NCBI GenBank assembly: GCA_964424455.1
Contig: CAYRJA010000004.1
Coordinates: forward strand, 19,858-69,223
Direction: 5' to 3'
DNA from: an uncultured Bifidobacteriaceae bacterium
GTDB taxonomy: Bacteria; Bacteroidota; Bacteroidia; Chitinophagales; UBA10324
Length of the DNA: 49,366 nt
Notes under the pieces: generated by a model
What the model saw: the letters and a program-made list of their open reading frames with translations, nothing else
What the model was told of the DNA's origin: nothing
Database searches by the model: none
Shown: in pieces, positions 30,188 through 39,375 of the stretch
Position numbering within the stretch: the first letter of the stretch is position 1
How the letters are laid out: every line of letters begins with the position of its first letter
Program-made: the position numbers and the translations under genes

Positions 30188-31297
30188 TTAATTGCCGTTG
30201 TTGTTGTGTTTTAATTTATCTCCGCAATTTCTTTTTCCCAGTATGATGCCCGCTATCAGTAATGATTCTTTCCTGTTCCCGGTAATGAAATTCTTTATCA
30301 CCTTGAACATCAGCCGCAGGTAAGCTACCGGTAATAAAAATGGATAGAACTTTCTGTAAAATATCAGCATATTCCGGTACTGAAAACAGGCAACCGGCAG
30401 GGGTAGTTGTTTAGCCAGCATTTTTTCTCCTGTAGTGGCTCCTTGTTTGTGATAAATTTTACTTTGACAAGCATAAGAAATAGCCCATCCTTTTTTTCTT
30501 GCACGAACAGCCCAATCGAGTTCCTCGTAGTACATAAAGTATTTTTCTTCAAGCAGCCCTACATCTTTAATAAAGGATTTTGAACAAATCATGGAGCAGC
30601 CCATCGGATAATCAATGGCAATATTTCCTTTATCAAATTGACCATGGTCAGTTTCTCCGGTGCCCAGATGATAAAACAAGGTGGTTCTCAGGTTGTACAT
30701 TCCGCCTACTGCCTGTAACACTTCAGGGCTTTCGTAAAACAGGACTTTAGATCCCACCAATCCGTTTTTTTGATTCTTATTATCGGGCAGTTCCATCTTG
30801 TTTACTAAAGCGGTAAGAGCATGCTCATCTGTAACAGTATCGTTGTTCAGCAGCCACACATATTCCATGTCACCCTTTGCAAGGGCATATCGGATGCCTG
30901 TGTTACAGCCGGCGGCAAAACCCATATTTTTTTTACCCTGAATAAATATCAAAGGATACTTACCGGAGTCGTTTGTTTTGTTCTCAAGAGATTCTTCTTT
31001 CTTCTTGTTGCCGCCATGCAGCGCTTCCTCTTCGCTGTAAACTATATATGGAATAGGTTTTTTTCCGGGAGGAAGGGTAAGGTGGGAAAGTGGCTGAGGA
31101 GTTGAATAAGATATTGTTTCTGCTCCCTCTGCCCATGTTGTAAAGTGATGTATGGAATGATTGGTAGAATTATTATCAACCACTACTATCTGATAACAGG
31201 GGTATTTATTTTTTAGAATGCTTTCCATGCACTCAATTGTATCCATCCACTGATTCAGATTAACTAAAACTATATAAATTTTTTTTTCTTCAGACAT
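30188..31297 (-). CDS. Glycosyltransferase family 2 (rhamnosyltransferase-like)
   Basis: IYIVLVN, IVVVDNNS, NMGFAAGCNTG, VWLLNNDT, YFMYYEELDW, IYHKQG. ATG 31297 follows the upstream stop by 2 nt. Confidence 0.9.
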   Translation of the reverse strand: MSEEKKIYIVLVNLNQWMDTIECMESILKNKYPCYQIVVVDNNSTNHSIHHFTTWAEGAETISYSTPQPLSHLTLPPGKKPIPYIVYSEEEALHGGNKKKEESLENKTNDSGKYPLIFIQGKKNMGFAAGCNTGIRYALAKGDMEYVWLLNNDTVTDEHALTALVNKMELPDNKNQKNGLVGSKVLFYESPEVLQAVGGMYNLRTTLFYHLGTGETDHGQFDKGNIAIDYPMGCSMICSKSFIKDVGLLEEKYFMYYEELDWAVRARKKGWAISYACQSKIYHKQGATTGEKMLAKQLPLPVACFQYRNMLIFYRKFYPFLLPVAYLRLMFKVIKNFITGNRKESLLIAGIILGKRNCGDKLKHNNNGN

Positions 31298-31299
31298 TG

Positions 31300-32265
31300 T
31301 TATCGGGTATCTGCTGTCCACGAAGAAAGATCCGTATTTATCAGCGAAGAAAGTTTATTAATATCATCGTGGTATATACCGGCTAAAAACTTTCTTTCTT
31401 CTGCGGTCATTACAGGTTTGTTTTTGCTTGTAAAGAAAACCATCTTCAATTTAGTGATAAAACTTTTAGATAAATTCTCTTTTATAAAGCGCACAATATT
31501 ATTTTGTAAGAGTCGTCCAACCAACTTTGATTTAGGAACATAAGCAACATTATATGACTTTGAAAAATCAAATTTATAATCTTCGGATAACTCAAGGAAT
31601 TTGCAAATATCAGTCAGTACTTTCTCCGGATAGTTTTTGAAATCTTCATACAAAAATATTTTAACCTGTTCTCCCGGAAAGGAATCTGTAAATCGTTTCA
31701 CCTGCTCATAATACATTCCAAGTTCAATATAAAGATTTGAAATGCCCCAACCCTTTTCTGTACTTGACATATCTTTTTTCAACTCTTCCATAAAATTTCC
31801 TGATTCATAACCTGTCCTCAAATCCATCAGATAATGACTGAACACACGCTCTACCGGATTGCGAAGTATCATGATGATTTTAGCATCAGGAAATTTCTGA
31901 GAAATATTTTTTGCCGCCTGAGTTGAATACAGATAAGCATTCGTCATTTCACCTATTGCCTTTTTGTTTTCAGCAAAGCGGAATAAACTTTTATACTTTT
32001 CCCAATCACTGATAAACGCCTGGAAGATTTCAGTTTTCATCCCTGATTCCATCCATTTGTCAATGTTGATGTTTACATCTCTTGCATAATTTGGTCTGAA
32101 TTTTTTATTGTCAATATCAGTAGCAAAAAAATATACTTCTTTGATGGGAGGAAGGTAAATCTGAGGATGCTGACGCAGATAATTGTAAAGAGATGTAGTG
32201 CCTGATTTTGCAGCGCCGGCAATAAAAAAATTCGGTAATGGCTCTTTCATATACTCTTTCATCAT
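31300..32265 (-). CDS. PAPS-dependent sulfotransferase (Sulfotransfer_1-like)
   Basis: 5'-PSB PNFFIAGAAKSGTTSLY, HPQIYLPPIKE, 3'-PB LRNPVERVFSHY. Confidence 0.92.
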   Translation of the reverse strand: MMKEYMKEPLPNFFIAGAAKSGTTSLYNYLRQHPQIYLPPIKEVYFFATDIDNKKFRPNYARDVNINIDKWMESGMKTEIFQAFISDWEKYKSLFRFAENKKAIGEMTNAYLYSTQAAKNISQKFPDAKIIMILRNPVERVFSHYLMDLRTGYESGNFMEELKKDMSSTEKGWGISNLYIELGMYYEQVKRFTDSFPGEQVKIFLYEDFKNYPEKVLTDICKFLELSEDYKFDFSKSYNVAYVPKSKLVGRLLQNNIVRFIKENLSKSFITKLKMVFFTSKNKPVMTAEERKFLAGIYHDDINKLSSLINTDLSSWTADTR

Positions 32266-32266
32266 A

Positions 32267-33172
32267 TTACTCGTGTTTCCAGATGGAAAGGTCTGTATTC
32301 AGCAATTTTTCTAATTCCTGAATTTCACTCTTAAAATTTTTCAGATACAACTGCCGGCGAAATTCAGGAGTGATTTTTTCAGGAGTAATTATTTTTTCGT
32401 TCAGCCGTATCAGTCCGTTCTTAATTTTTTTTCTCCATGATTTTGACGGAAGAAAAATCTTTAAATACTTCAGCGGTGAATTCTCTTTGTAAAGAAGATG
32501 TGCAAACCATCTTGAAGCAACTTGTCTGGAAGGATTGCTCTTTACCACATCGAAATGGAAATTTGTATCTACATCAAGAAATGAAGTTATCTTCTTTAGT
32601 GTCGCATCCAGATTATGCTTAATGTCCTTTTCAAAAATCAGAATGAGAAAATTTTCTTTAGGGAAAAATTCAAAATATTTTTTGAGTTGAGCAAGATAGT
32701 GTCCTCTGCTAATATAGCTGAAGCTTATGATGTCATCTCTTTTATTGCTTTTCATCCGTTGTTCTTCTGCAGCTATGGCTTCTTCAAAAGATAAAGGTTC
32801 AAAACCTTTAAGCTTACTCATCAGATAGTGTGAATAGGCCCGATCCACAGGATCCCGCAGTGTTACAATAAATTTAGTTTTTGCACCTAAGGTGCCCTTT
32901 ATTCTTGAAGCGGTTTTACCGGCAAAGAATATATAGCTCGGATCAATTTCACCGATTGCTTTTTCGTCTGATACTTTCTGAAAATAGCTGGAATAAAATT
33001 CTATTCCTTTCCTGTAATCCTCATCATACTGAAAAAATTTTGTTTCCTTTTTCTCCGGTAAAAAAATCTGCGGATGATTTTTGAGAATATCAAACAGGGT
33101 AGTGGTACCTGCTTTCTGAACCCCTATGCAGATAAAATCAGGAACAGACATAGCAAGAGCATGGTTTTGCAT
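32267..33172 (-). CDS. PAPS-dependent sulfotransferase (Sulfotransfer_1-like)
   Basis: PDFICIGVQKAGTTTLF, HPQIFLPEKKETKFF, GEIDPSY, LRDPVDRAYSHY, RGHYLAQLKKY. Confidence 0.92.
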   Translation of the reverse strand: MQNHALAMSVPDFICIGVQKAGTTTLFDILKNHPQIFLPEKKETKFFQYDEDYRKGIEFYSSYFQKVSDEKAIGEIDPSYIFFAGKTASRIKGTLGAKTKFIVTLRDPVDRAYSHYLMSKLKGFEPLSFEEAIAAEEQRMKSNKRDDIISFSYISRGHYLAQLKKYFEFFPKENFLILIFEKDIKHNLDATLKKITSFLDVDTNFHFDVVKSNPSRQVASRWFAHLLYKENSPLKYLKIFLPSKSWRKKIKNGLIRLNEKIITPEKITPEFRRQLYLKNFKSEIQELEKLLNTDLSIWKHE

Positions 33173-33196
33173 TTGCGGAGGTAAATAAATATTTCA

Positions 33197-34561
33197 TTAC
33201 TTCTTATCTTCTAAAGCTAATTTAAAGTTGAACAATGTTCGGAGATTTATTGTGTAGAAACCATAATAGTAACGCACAATTATCATAGGAACAATATTGA
33301 TGATGAAATAGCCGACTGTATTGATTATTGCCGCCGCTATAATTCCATATTCAGGAATGAAGAGAATATTGAGAATAACCGTAAGAACTGTGGCGCCAAG
33401 AAGTACATTCCGGTTAATTTTTTGTTTACCGGTCATAATTAAAACATTACTTACCGGACCGGTTGCTGCATTAATAAACTGCCCTGCACATAGAATAATC
33501 AGTACAAGTTTACCTTGTTTGAATTCTTCGCCAAATATTCCCAAAAAGAATTCAGGAAATACAACAAACAATATCAGCAGCGGAACAGAACTCCAGAAGA
33601 TAAGTTTGGTAGCATTCTGTGTAATGAGGGACATCTTTCTAACATCTCCCTTTGCATAAAGTTCTGCAATTTTGGGTGCAACGGTCAGTAGAATGGCAGT
33701 AAGAGAAATAGAAGTAATGGTTGATATTCGGAATGCTACTTTATATATGCCGAGCGCTTCTTCGGTTGCAAACCTGCCGAGCAGAAAGGAATCTGTCCAT
33801 GTTCTGAATATCTGGAGTATGGCAGTGGTAAACAAAGTAAATGCAATAGAAAATTTCTCAAAAAAGTTGATGGTATCTGTAACAGATATATTTATTAAAC
33901 CTGATTTACTCCACCACCAGAATATGGAGAGTAAAGCCGAAATAGTTAACCCGGTAAGGTAGGCGAGCAGCGGAACTTCTTTGTTGCTGTAAAAAAATAA
34001 CATACTGCCCAGCATAACACAGGCAATGATGGATACACTTGCTCCTTCAAGAAAAGTATAGAGTAAAATCTTCTTCATACCCCTTAAGCAATCAGCATGA
34101 ATACCCAGCAATACAAGAGGCAAAATAGAAAAAGCGGCAAGCTGAATGTAGGATTCAATATCCGGTTTCAGAAAAACATGGACTGCAATAAAACGAGAAG
34201 AAAAATAAACAACACAGGAAAAGATAATGGAAGTAATAGTGGTGAAGCGGAGCGAACGGTAATACAGGTCTTTTATATGCGACCATTTGCCCTGTGCGGA
34301 ATATTCTGCGGTAGAGCGCATCAGCAAAATATTGAATCCCATTTTTGAAACAGTTGAGAAAAACTGTAACACAGTTTGATAAATAGTATAAATGCCGGTA
34401 CCGGCGGCGCCATATCCTCTGGCAATCAATAGAGTGAAAAGATAATTGAACAGTATAGCCAAAACCCGCATTCCAAGCGCTACAGCGCCGCCTCTGACAA
34501 GCTCCTTGTTGTCTTTATCTTTTATGCCTGATCCGAGTTTGCGGGAAATTTTCTTTATCAA
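33197..34561 (-). CDS. wzx: Wzx-type flippase (MOP superfamily)
   Basis: 12+ TM segments, DSFLLG, LGIYKVAFRI, PKIAELYAKG, LMTGKQK-like motif, GIIAAAI. TTG start. Confidence 0.9.
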   Translation of the reverse strand: MIKKISRKLGSGIKDKDNKELVRGGAVALGMRVLAILFNYLFTLLIARGYGAAGTGIYTIYQTVLQFFSTVSKMGFNILLMRSTAEYSAQGKWSHIKDLYYRSLRFTTITSIIFSCVVYFSSRFIAVHVFLKPDIESYIQLAAFSILPLVLLGIHADCLRGMKKILLYTFLEGASVSIIACVMLGSMLFFYSNKEVPLLAYLTGLTISALLSIFWWWSKSGLINISVTDTINFFEKFSIAFTLFTTAILQIFRTWTDSFLLGRFATEEALGIYKVAFRISTITSISLTAILLTVAPKIAELYAKGDVRKMSLITQNATKLIFWSSVPLLILFVVFPEFFLGIFGEEFKQGKLVLIILCAGQFINAATGPVSNVLIMTGKQKINRNVLLGATVLTVILNILFIPEYGIIAAAIINTVGYFIINIVPMIIVRYYYGFYTINLRTLFNFKLALEDKK

Positions 34562-34583
34562 CTGTGATATAAACTTACAGCGA

Positions 34584-34591
34584 CAAAGCTA
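34584..34591 (-). promoter_or_regulatory. Internal -7 promoter box upstream of wzx
   Basis: Minus strand reads TAGCTTTG, 22 nt upstream of TTG 34561. Confidence 0.55.
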
Positions 34592-34619
34592 AAATTTCTT
34601 CATTGTAAACTGAACATAC

Positions 34620-35606
34620 TTACCTCAACTGAAGCATTTTCTCTACCACATCATTTTTCACTATATACAGATTGTTGAGTTGCTCTATATCGGGTACTGA
34701 AAAACCGTGAGTTCTTCTGAAATTCAAATCAAATATTTCCACTTTATTTACCGTCGTTGCACCGGAATGAAGATACCGTGTCCGAATAGCAGATATGCCG
34801 CAGAAGTAATTCTTTGTTGCAACAGAAAAGTCAGCGCCTCGTCCCCATCCATCGGTTTTAACTTTATGAATCAATTCCCAACTTCGGGAATAAATATTGA
34901 GAAAGGAACGACCGCTGTCAAGCAGCCAGTATTGACCATTTATTTTCCTTACGGTATGAGGCGCTTTTAATTTTAATTCTATTCGTTTATCAGAGTGAAT
35001 ATCTAATACACCACCATTCCCATGTCCTTTGATAATCTTTTGTGCAATTCTTTTTATCAGTTGTTTGCCTGTAACATGATGCACCAACACATAAGTCGCT
35101 CCTTCGAAAGTTTCAAAAACCTGATTGCAATGAAATTTGTCTATCCTCTGTATGTTTGAATCATCCGACACATCTTCGGGCATATATTCTACATTTTTTT
35201 TGTTAGCTACTAATTTAATCCGGCTAACCACTTTCCTGCCCTGAATATCATAACTGATAATCTCGTCATAATAAGTATTGGTTATCCAGAGAAGATTTCC
35301 AATCATTGAAAGTTCGTGAACACCCCTGAGTTTTGGAATTTTTATTTCTTCAACCTTTTTTATAGTGAGATTAATTTCAAAAAGCTGTGTGCCGGTTGTC
35401 ATAAAAAAATGAAAGCGGTTATCCGGTTTCCATACCAGTGAACTTACTCCCAGTTCACCCCACAAATGGAAGAATGGTATTTCTGAAATAATTTTTGAAT
35501 TGTCAGCGTATTGAATACTCTTAATATTGTTGCGGGGCAATTTTCTGTCGTTCTCATTTGCATTGAGCGAACCAATAATTAAAATATTTTCATCATTGCC
35601 TAACAT
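34620..35606 (-). CDS. Hypothetical beta-propeller protein, DUF4915/TIGR03032-like
   Basis: GVHEL, FHCNQV, LKAPHTVRKINGQYWLLDSG and GWGRGADF resemble DUF4915 motifs (PHSPRW...WVLNSG, GFTRGL). ATG 35606 lies just after the upstream stop. Confidence 0.5.
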   Translation of the reverse strand: MLGNDENILIIGSLNANENDRKLPRNNIKSIQYADNSKIISEIPFFHLWGELGVSSLVWKPDNRFHFFMTTGTQLFEINLTIKKVEEIKIPKLRGVHELSMIGNLLWITNTYYDEIISYDIQGRKVVSRIKLVANKKNVEYMPEDVSDDSNIQRIDKFHCNQVFETFEGATYVLVHHVTGKQLIKRIAQKIIKGHGNGGVLDIHSDKRIELKLKAPHTVRKINGQYWLLDSGRSFLNIYSRSWELIHKVKTDGWGRGADFSVATKNYFCGISAIRTRYLHSGATTVNKVEIFDLNFRRTHGFSVPDIEQLNNLYIVKNDVVEKMLQLR

Positions 35607-35607
35607 T

Positions 35608-36486
35608 TCAGGCAATGTTATTATATCCGAGTTGAATCAGCAAGGGATTATTCTGAATTTTCTTGTACAGTTGAACAGATTCGTTGTCGGCTAAGAACGA
35701 ATACTTCCTGCTGTTGTCCACATTGGCAACACTCTGTTTCAGCACACTTTCTGTAACAGGCAATTGAATAAAGTCAGTTACTCTTTTGATATGCTCCAGA
35801 GGAGATTCCAGAAAATCCTCATATCGGATGGTTAAGAATTTTTCGGAATAAGTTTTTTCATGTTCAAGATTCAGCCGGATATACTCGTTCCAGAGTTTCA
35901 CTCCATTGTTTAAGTCGGTAACATAATAAGATTGATTGTAGAGAAATTTTTTGCTCAGAAAAAATTCACGCCGTTTTTGTTTCAAATTAATTTTAAATCT
36001 TTTTTCAATTCGCAATTCCCGTTCTCTCAGACTGCACGCCACATCAACAGGGTTTCTGTAAATATTAATAACGAGCGCATCAGGGAAAATTTTTTTCCAA
36101 ACAGGAAGCGTAATCGAATTAACGGGGTCTTTCCATCCCCATGGAAAATTCAGCGAGCGGATGGATCTGAATTTTAGCGTGTTAAACCATCCAAGATAAT
36201 TTTCTCTTCTTAATGTCCCCAAATGCCAATTGATAACCCGATTCACATTTTTCAGATAATGTGCATTTACGTACTTGAAATTTTCAGGGAAATCCCATGT
36301 CGCATTGGCTTGCGCCAGCAGCCAGCGGTTGATACGCTGAAAGTAAAATGCCTCATAGTTTTTCTCTTTTTCATTTCCTACAAACACTCCTGCTTTCTCC
36401 AACACTTTTGTCAGCATGGTAGTACCTGAACGGTGCATTCCTGTAATAATTACAGGTGGAATATTCTGATTAGAATTAGATTTCAA
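35608..36486 (-). CDS. Sulfotransferase (Sulfotransfer_3-like)
   Basis: PVIITGMHRSGTTML, WGWKDP, IYRNPVDVACSL, IRYEDFLESP. TTG start. Confidence 0.9.
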   Translation of the reverse strand: MKSNSNQNIPPVIITGMHRSGTTMLTKVLEKAGVFVGNEKEKNYEAFYFQRINRWLLAQANATWDFPENFKYVNAHYLKNVNRVINWHLGTLRRENYLGWFNTLKFRSIRSLNFPWGWKDPVNSITLPVWKKIFPDALVINIYRNPVDVACSLRERELRIEKRFKINLKQKRREFFLSKKFLYNQSYYVTDLNNGVKLWNEYIRLNLEHEKTYSEKFLTIRYEDFLESPLEHIKRVTDFIQLPVTESVLKQSVANVDNSRKYSFLADNESVQLYKKIQNNPLLIQLGYNNIA

Positions 36487-36570
36487 TTGGATAGGAATAA
36501 AAAATAATGTGTGTAAAAATAAAAGGAAAAACTTATCGCCACGGTGAAAATGGAGAACATATAAACAACA

Positions 36571-36602
36571 AAAGCTGCCTTAAATTTCTTTAAGACAGCT
36601 TT
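36571..36602 (-). terminator. Intrinsic terminator downstream of T9SS gene 1
   Basis: AAAGCTGCCTTAAA / TTTAAGACAGCTTT stem with one mismatch, followed on the minus strand by TTGTTGTTT. Confidence 0.7.
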
Positions 36603-36619
36603 CGTAATATCTTAGGATG

Positions 36620-38965
36620 TTATTGCTTCACAATTTGCTGAACATACATTGAGTCACCTGTTTTTATTTTTACAAAATACATTCCGGCTGCTAAGTCAGA
36701 TACATTTACCTGAACTGTTTTGTTCTGATTTTTGATAAACTGTTCTGTAACAATCTTGCCTAACAAATCAATAACTTCTACTGATTCTATATTCAGATTT
36801 CCGGATTTAGCGCTGATGATAATATTATCTGTAACAGGATTAGGAAATACAGTCCATTGATTTTGTGATTCAATAGATCGGATTCCGGTCATCAGCACAT
36901 CAATGCAGGTGGTGAAAGAGCAGTTAGAACCGTTTTTAGCATCCAAACAAACATGCCAGTTGCTTAGTGAAGCGTAAGTATGCGAAGGATTTATTTCAGC
37001 GCTGGTTACACCATCTCCAAAATTCCAATGGTAAGCATTAGCGCCGGTGCTGGTATTGGTGAAGTTTACTGTATTTCCTGAAACAGTATAGGTGAACGCT
37101 GCATTAGGCGATGGCTGTACTACTATCGCGTAAGGAGTAGCAGAAGTAGCTGCACAACTACCACTTCCTGCTTTTACTTTGTAATAAGTGGTTTGTGTGG
37201 GAAGGGCAACATAGCTGTTGTTGGTTTCACCTGACACATCAGTGAATGGACCCGATGAAGAGGTGGAAGACTGCCACTGAATACCTCCGCTGGCTCCTGT
37301 AACACTTAGCATGGCTGGCGTTGTTTCACAGATGGTATCGTTTACGGCAGAGATAGTACCGGCATTTCCCGAACTGCCTACGGTGATGGTTACAGGACTG
37401 CTTGTTACAGTTGGTGAACCGCTGACACAGGCAGAGTTAGAGGTTAGGGTGCAGGTTACCACATCACCATTATTTAAAGTAGCGTTGCTGTAAGTAGAAG
37501 AGTTGCTTCCCACATTTCCGTTGTTCAATTTCCACTGATAAGAAGGGCTGCTGCCGCCGTTGGAAGTTGTAGCAGTGAAATTTACAGCTTCTCCTGAGCA
37601 AATAGTTGTAGCCGAAGGATTAACTGTAACAGTAGCCGGTGAACTGGCTGTCATATTCATGGTAATAGTGTTGGAAGTGGCCGGCGAGCCGGTAGCGCAG
37701 GCGCTGTTAGAAGTCATCACACAGGTTACCACATCGCCATTGTTTAAAGTAGCGCTGCTGTAAGTAGAAGAGTTGCCCACATTTCCATTGTTCAATTTCC
37801 ATTGATAAGAAGGACTGCTTCCGCCATTGGTCGGAGAGGCAGTAAAGGTTACAGCGCTTCCGGTGCAAACGGTTCCGGAAGGATTGGCAGAAATGCTAAC
37901 ACTTGCAACTCCGGATGCATTAATCGTCAGATTCACTCCATTATCACTGCCGGTAGTAGCAGGACTGGAAGCCACCACTCTTATTCTGTAACCTGTTCCT
38001 GAAGTAGTTCCTGGAGGAATAGTAGCCGTAATCGGACTGGCAGCGCCGCTGCCGATGAGTGTACCTGTGCCCGATTGAAAAACTCCATTTTCATCGGATA
38101 GATAAACTGAAAAAGTATTGCCTCCGTTAAAAGTTCCGGTAGTGGTGAATGGAACTGTAACAGAGCCGCCTGCGCAAAACGGGCTGCCGGTAATGGCACC
38201 GGTTGTTACAGTAGTAGATGGAGGAGTACCGCCTCCACTGATAGCTATATCGTCAATTGCCAAACTGGGTTGAAGCTCTTTTGCATTAACAGTATTGTAT
38301 TTTGAAACGGAAACAAACCAAAATCCAATTCTTAATTTCGCTTTATTATCAAAAATTCCGGGAGTTGCCGGTAATGTTTCCTTCTTCCATGTAGTTTGTC
38401 CGTACATATTGTCTTTTGCTAAAACCCATGTGGTTCCGCCGTCAGTACTATAATACAGTTGAGCATAGTTTTCGTTAGATCCTTTGTTCAGCCACCAGAA
38501 TGACAGCTCTACATTTGTTTTTCCTACAGTAGAAATGTCGTTAGTCATTTCTGCAAAGTAGTACAACTCCTCATCACGCGGTTGGTTTCGGTCATCGCCT
38601 GCCGGATTGATGCAGGCATTGAAAGCAGGTGGAGTTTCTGAGGCATAAGCATCGCCTACTAAATGAAGATACTTGCTTTGCGGCGCTCCGTTTATTTGTG
38701 CATCCTCATCAGGAGTATCTGCAATATCTCTTATGCAAACACCCCAGAAACTATAACCACAGCCGCCTTTATAAATATTGTCAACTGCAAAGTGATTGGA
38801 TTTATTGGCTGCGGATTTGGAAGTATGCCCTCCGATGGTTCTTACTGTAGTAAGGGAGAAACCATGCGATGCGCCGTTAAAATTTTCCGACCAGATAACC
38901 TGTGCATCACTGTGAAAAATGAACAGACAAAAGAAAACAATGAGTGTAATTGATTTGAATCTCAT
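36620..38965 (-). CDS. T9SS type-A cargo protein, paralog 1: jelly-roll-like N-domain, Ig-like modules, PKD, CTD
   Basis: Signal peptide to SDA-Q, WSENFN...AIDDIAI domain, duplicated YQWKLNNGNV modules, PKD (FTNTSTGANAYHWNFGDG), CTD (VFPNPVTD...DLLGK...LAAGMYFVKI). ATG 38965 is preferred over GTG/ATG 39073. Confidence 0.88.
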   Translation of the reverse strand: MRFKSITLIVFFCLFIFHSDAQVIWSENFNGASHGFSLTTVRTIGGHTSKSAANKSNHFAVDNIYKGGCGYSFWGVCIRDIADTPDEDAQINGAPQSKYLHLVGDAYASETPPAFNACINPAGDDRNQPRDEELYYFAEMTNDISTVGKTNVELSFWWLNKGSNENYAQLYYSTDGGTTWVLAKDNMYGQTTWKKETLPATPGIFDNKAKLRIGFWFVSVSKYNTVNAKELQPSLAIDDIAISGGGTPPSTTVTTGAITGSPFCAGGSVTVPFTTTGTFNGGNTFSVYLSDENGVFQSGTGTLIGSGAASPITATIPPGTTSGTGYRIRVVASSPATTGSDNGVNLTINASGVASVSISANPSGTVCTGSAVTFTASPTNGGSSPSYQWKLNNGNVGNSSTYSSATLNNGDVVTCVMTSNSACATGSPATSNTITMNMTASSPATVTVNPSATTICSGEAVNFTATTSNGGSSPSYQWKLNNGNVGSNSSTYSNATLNNGDVVTCTLTSNSACVSGSPTVTSSPVTITVGSSGNAGTISAVNDTICETTPAMLSVTGASGGIQWQSSTSSSGPFTDVSGETNNSYVALPTQTTYYKVKAGSGSCAATSATPYAIVVQPSPNAAFTYTVSGNTVNFTNTSTGANAYHWNFGDGVTSAEINPSHTYASLSNWHVCLDAKNGSNCSFTTCIDVLMTGIRSIESQNQWTVFPNPVTDNIIISAKSGNLNIESVEVIDLLGKIVTEQFIKNQNKTVQVNVSDLAAGMYFVKIKTGDSMYVQQIVKQ
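36852..37228. repeat. 377-bp perfect direct repeat, copy 1 (inside T9SS paralog 1)
   Basis: Line-by-line comparison shows identity to 39608-39984 (offset 2756). Confidence 0.92.
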
Positions 38966-39096
38966 GAGTAGAAGTTTTATGAAAAAATGTATTAACGCGA
39001 GCGAAAAATACAACTTTACACTATAACAATATTCACTATCATACTGCTGCCTTAGAATATTTCTTTTTACCATTTAACGACATCGCTCACTTTCTC

Positions 39097-39349
39097 TGTC
39101 ATTCCGACGAAGGAAGCATCCGCATATTCATCGTGTCATTCCGACGAAGGAGGAATCCCCAAGTAAGTAGTAGTACTGTAACAATAGACAGATTCCTCGC
39201 TGCGTTCGGAATGACAGCGTTGAAGAAAGAGGCGCAAGTGAAAAACACTTGCGCCAGCGGGTACTGTAACAATAGACAGATTCCTCGCTGTGTTCGGAAT
39301 GACAGCGTTGAAGAAAGAGGCGCAAGTGAAAAACACTTGCACCAGCGGG
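39097..39349. repeat. REP/REPIN cluster A (TGTC-tagged palindromes) including an 88-bp tandem duplication
   Basis: TGTCATTCCGACGAAGGA.. at 39097 and 39134. Inverted CAGATTCCTCGCTG(C/T)GTTCGGAATGACA at 39189 and 39277. Hairpin GGCGCAAGTG-AAAAA-CACTTGC(G/A)CC twice. Confidence 0.9.
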
Positions 39350-39375
39350 CAGCTTTTTGCAAAAAAGGTTTAGCG

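Noticed and set aside
29953-31287. Other 9-nt homopolymers in wzy (29953-29961) and the GT2 gene (31279-31287)
   Set aside because: Both genes are in frame, so there is no evidence of switching. They are noted only as potential slippage sites in an AT-rich genome.
38966-39073. Longer N-terminal extensions given by the ORF track (also 5318-5395, 13002-13112, 20950-20991, 31298-31321)
   Set aside because: Downstream ATGs give proper signal peptides or coupling to the upstream stop, and the extensions overlap promoters or neighbouring genes.
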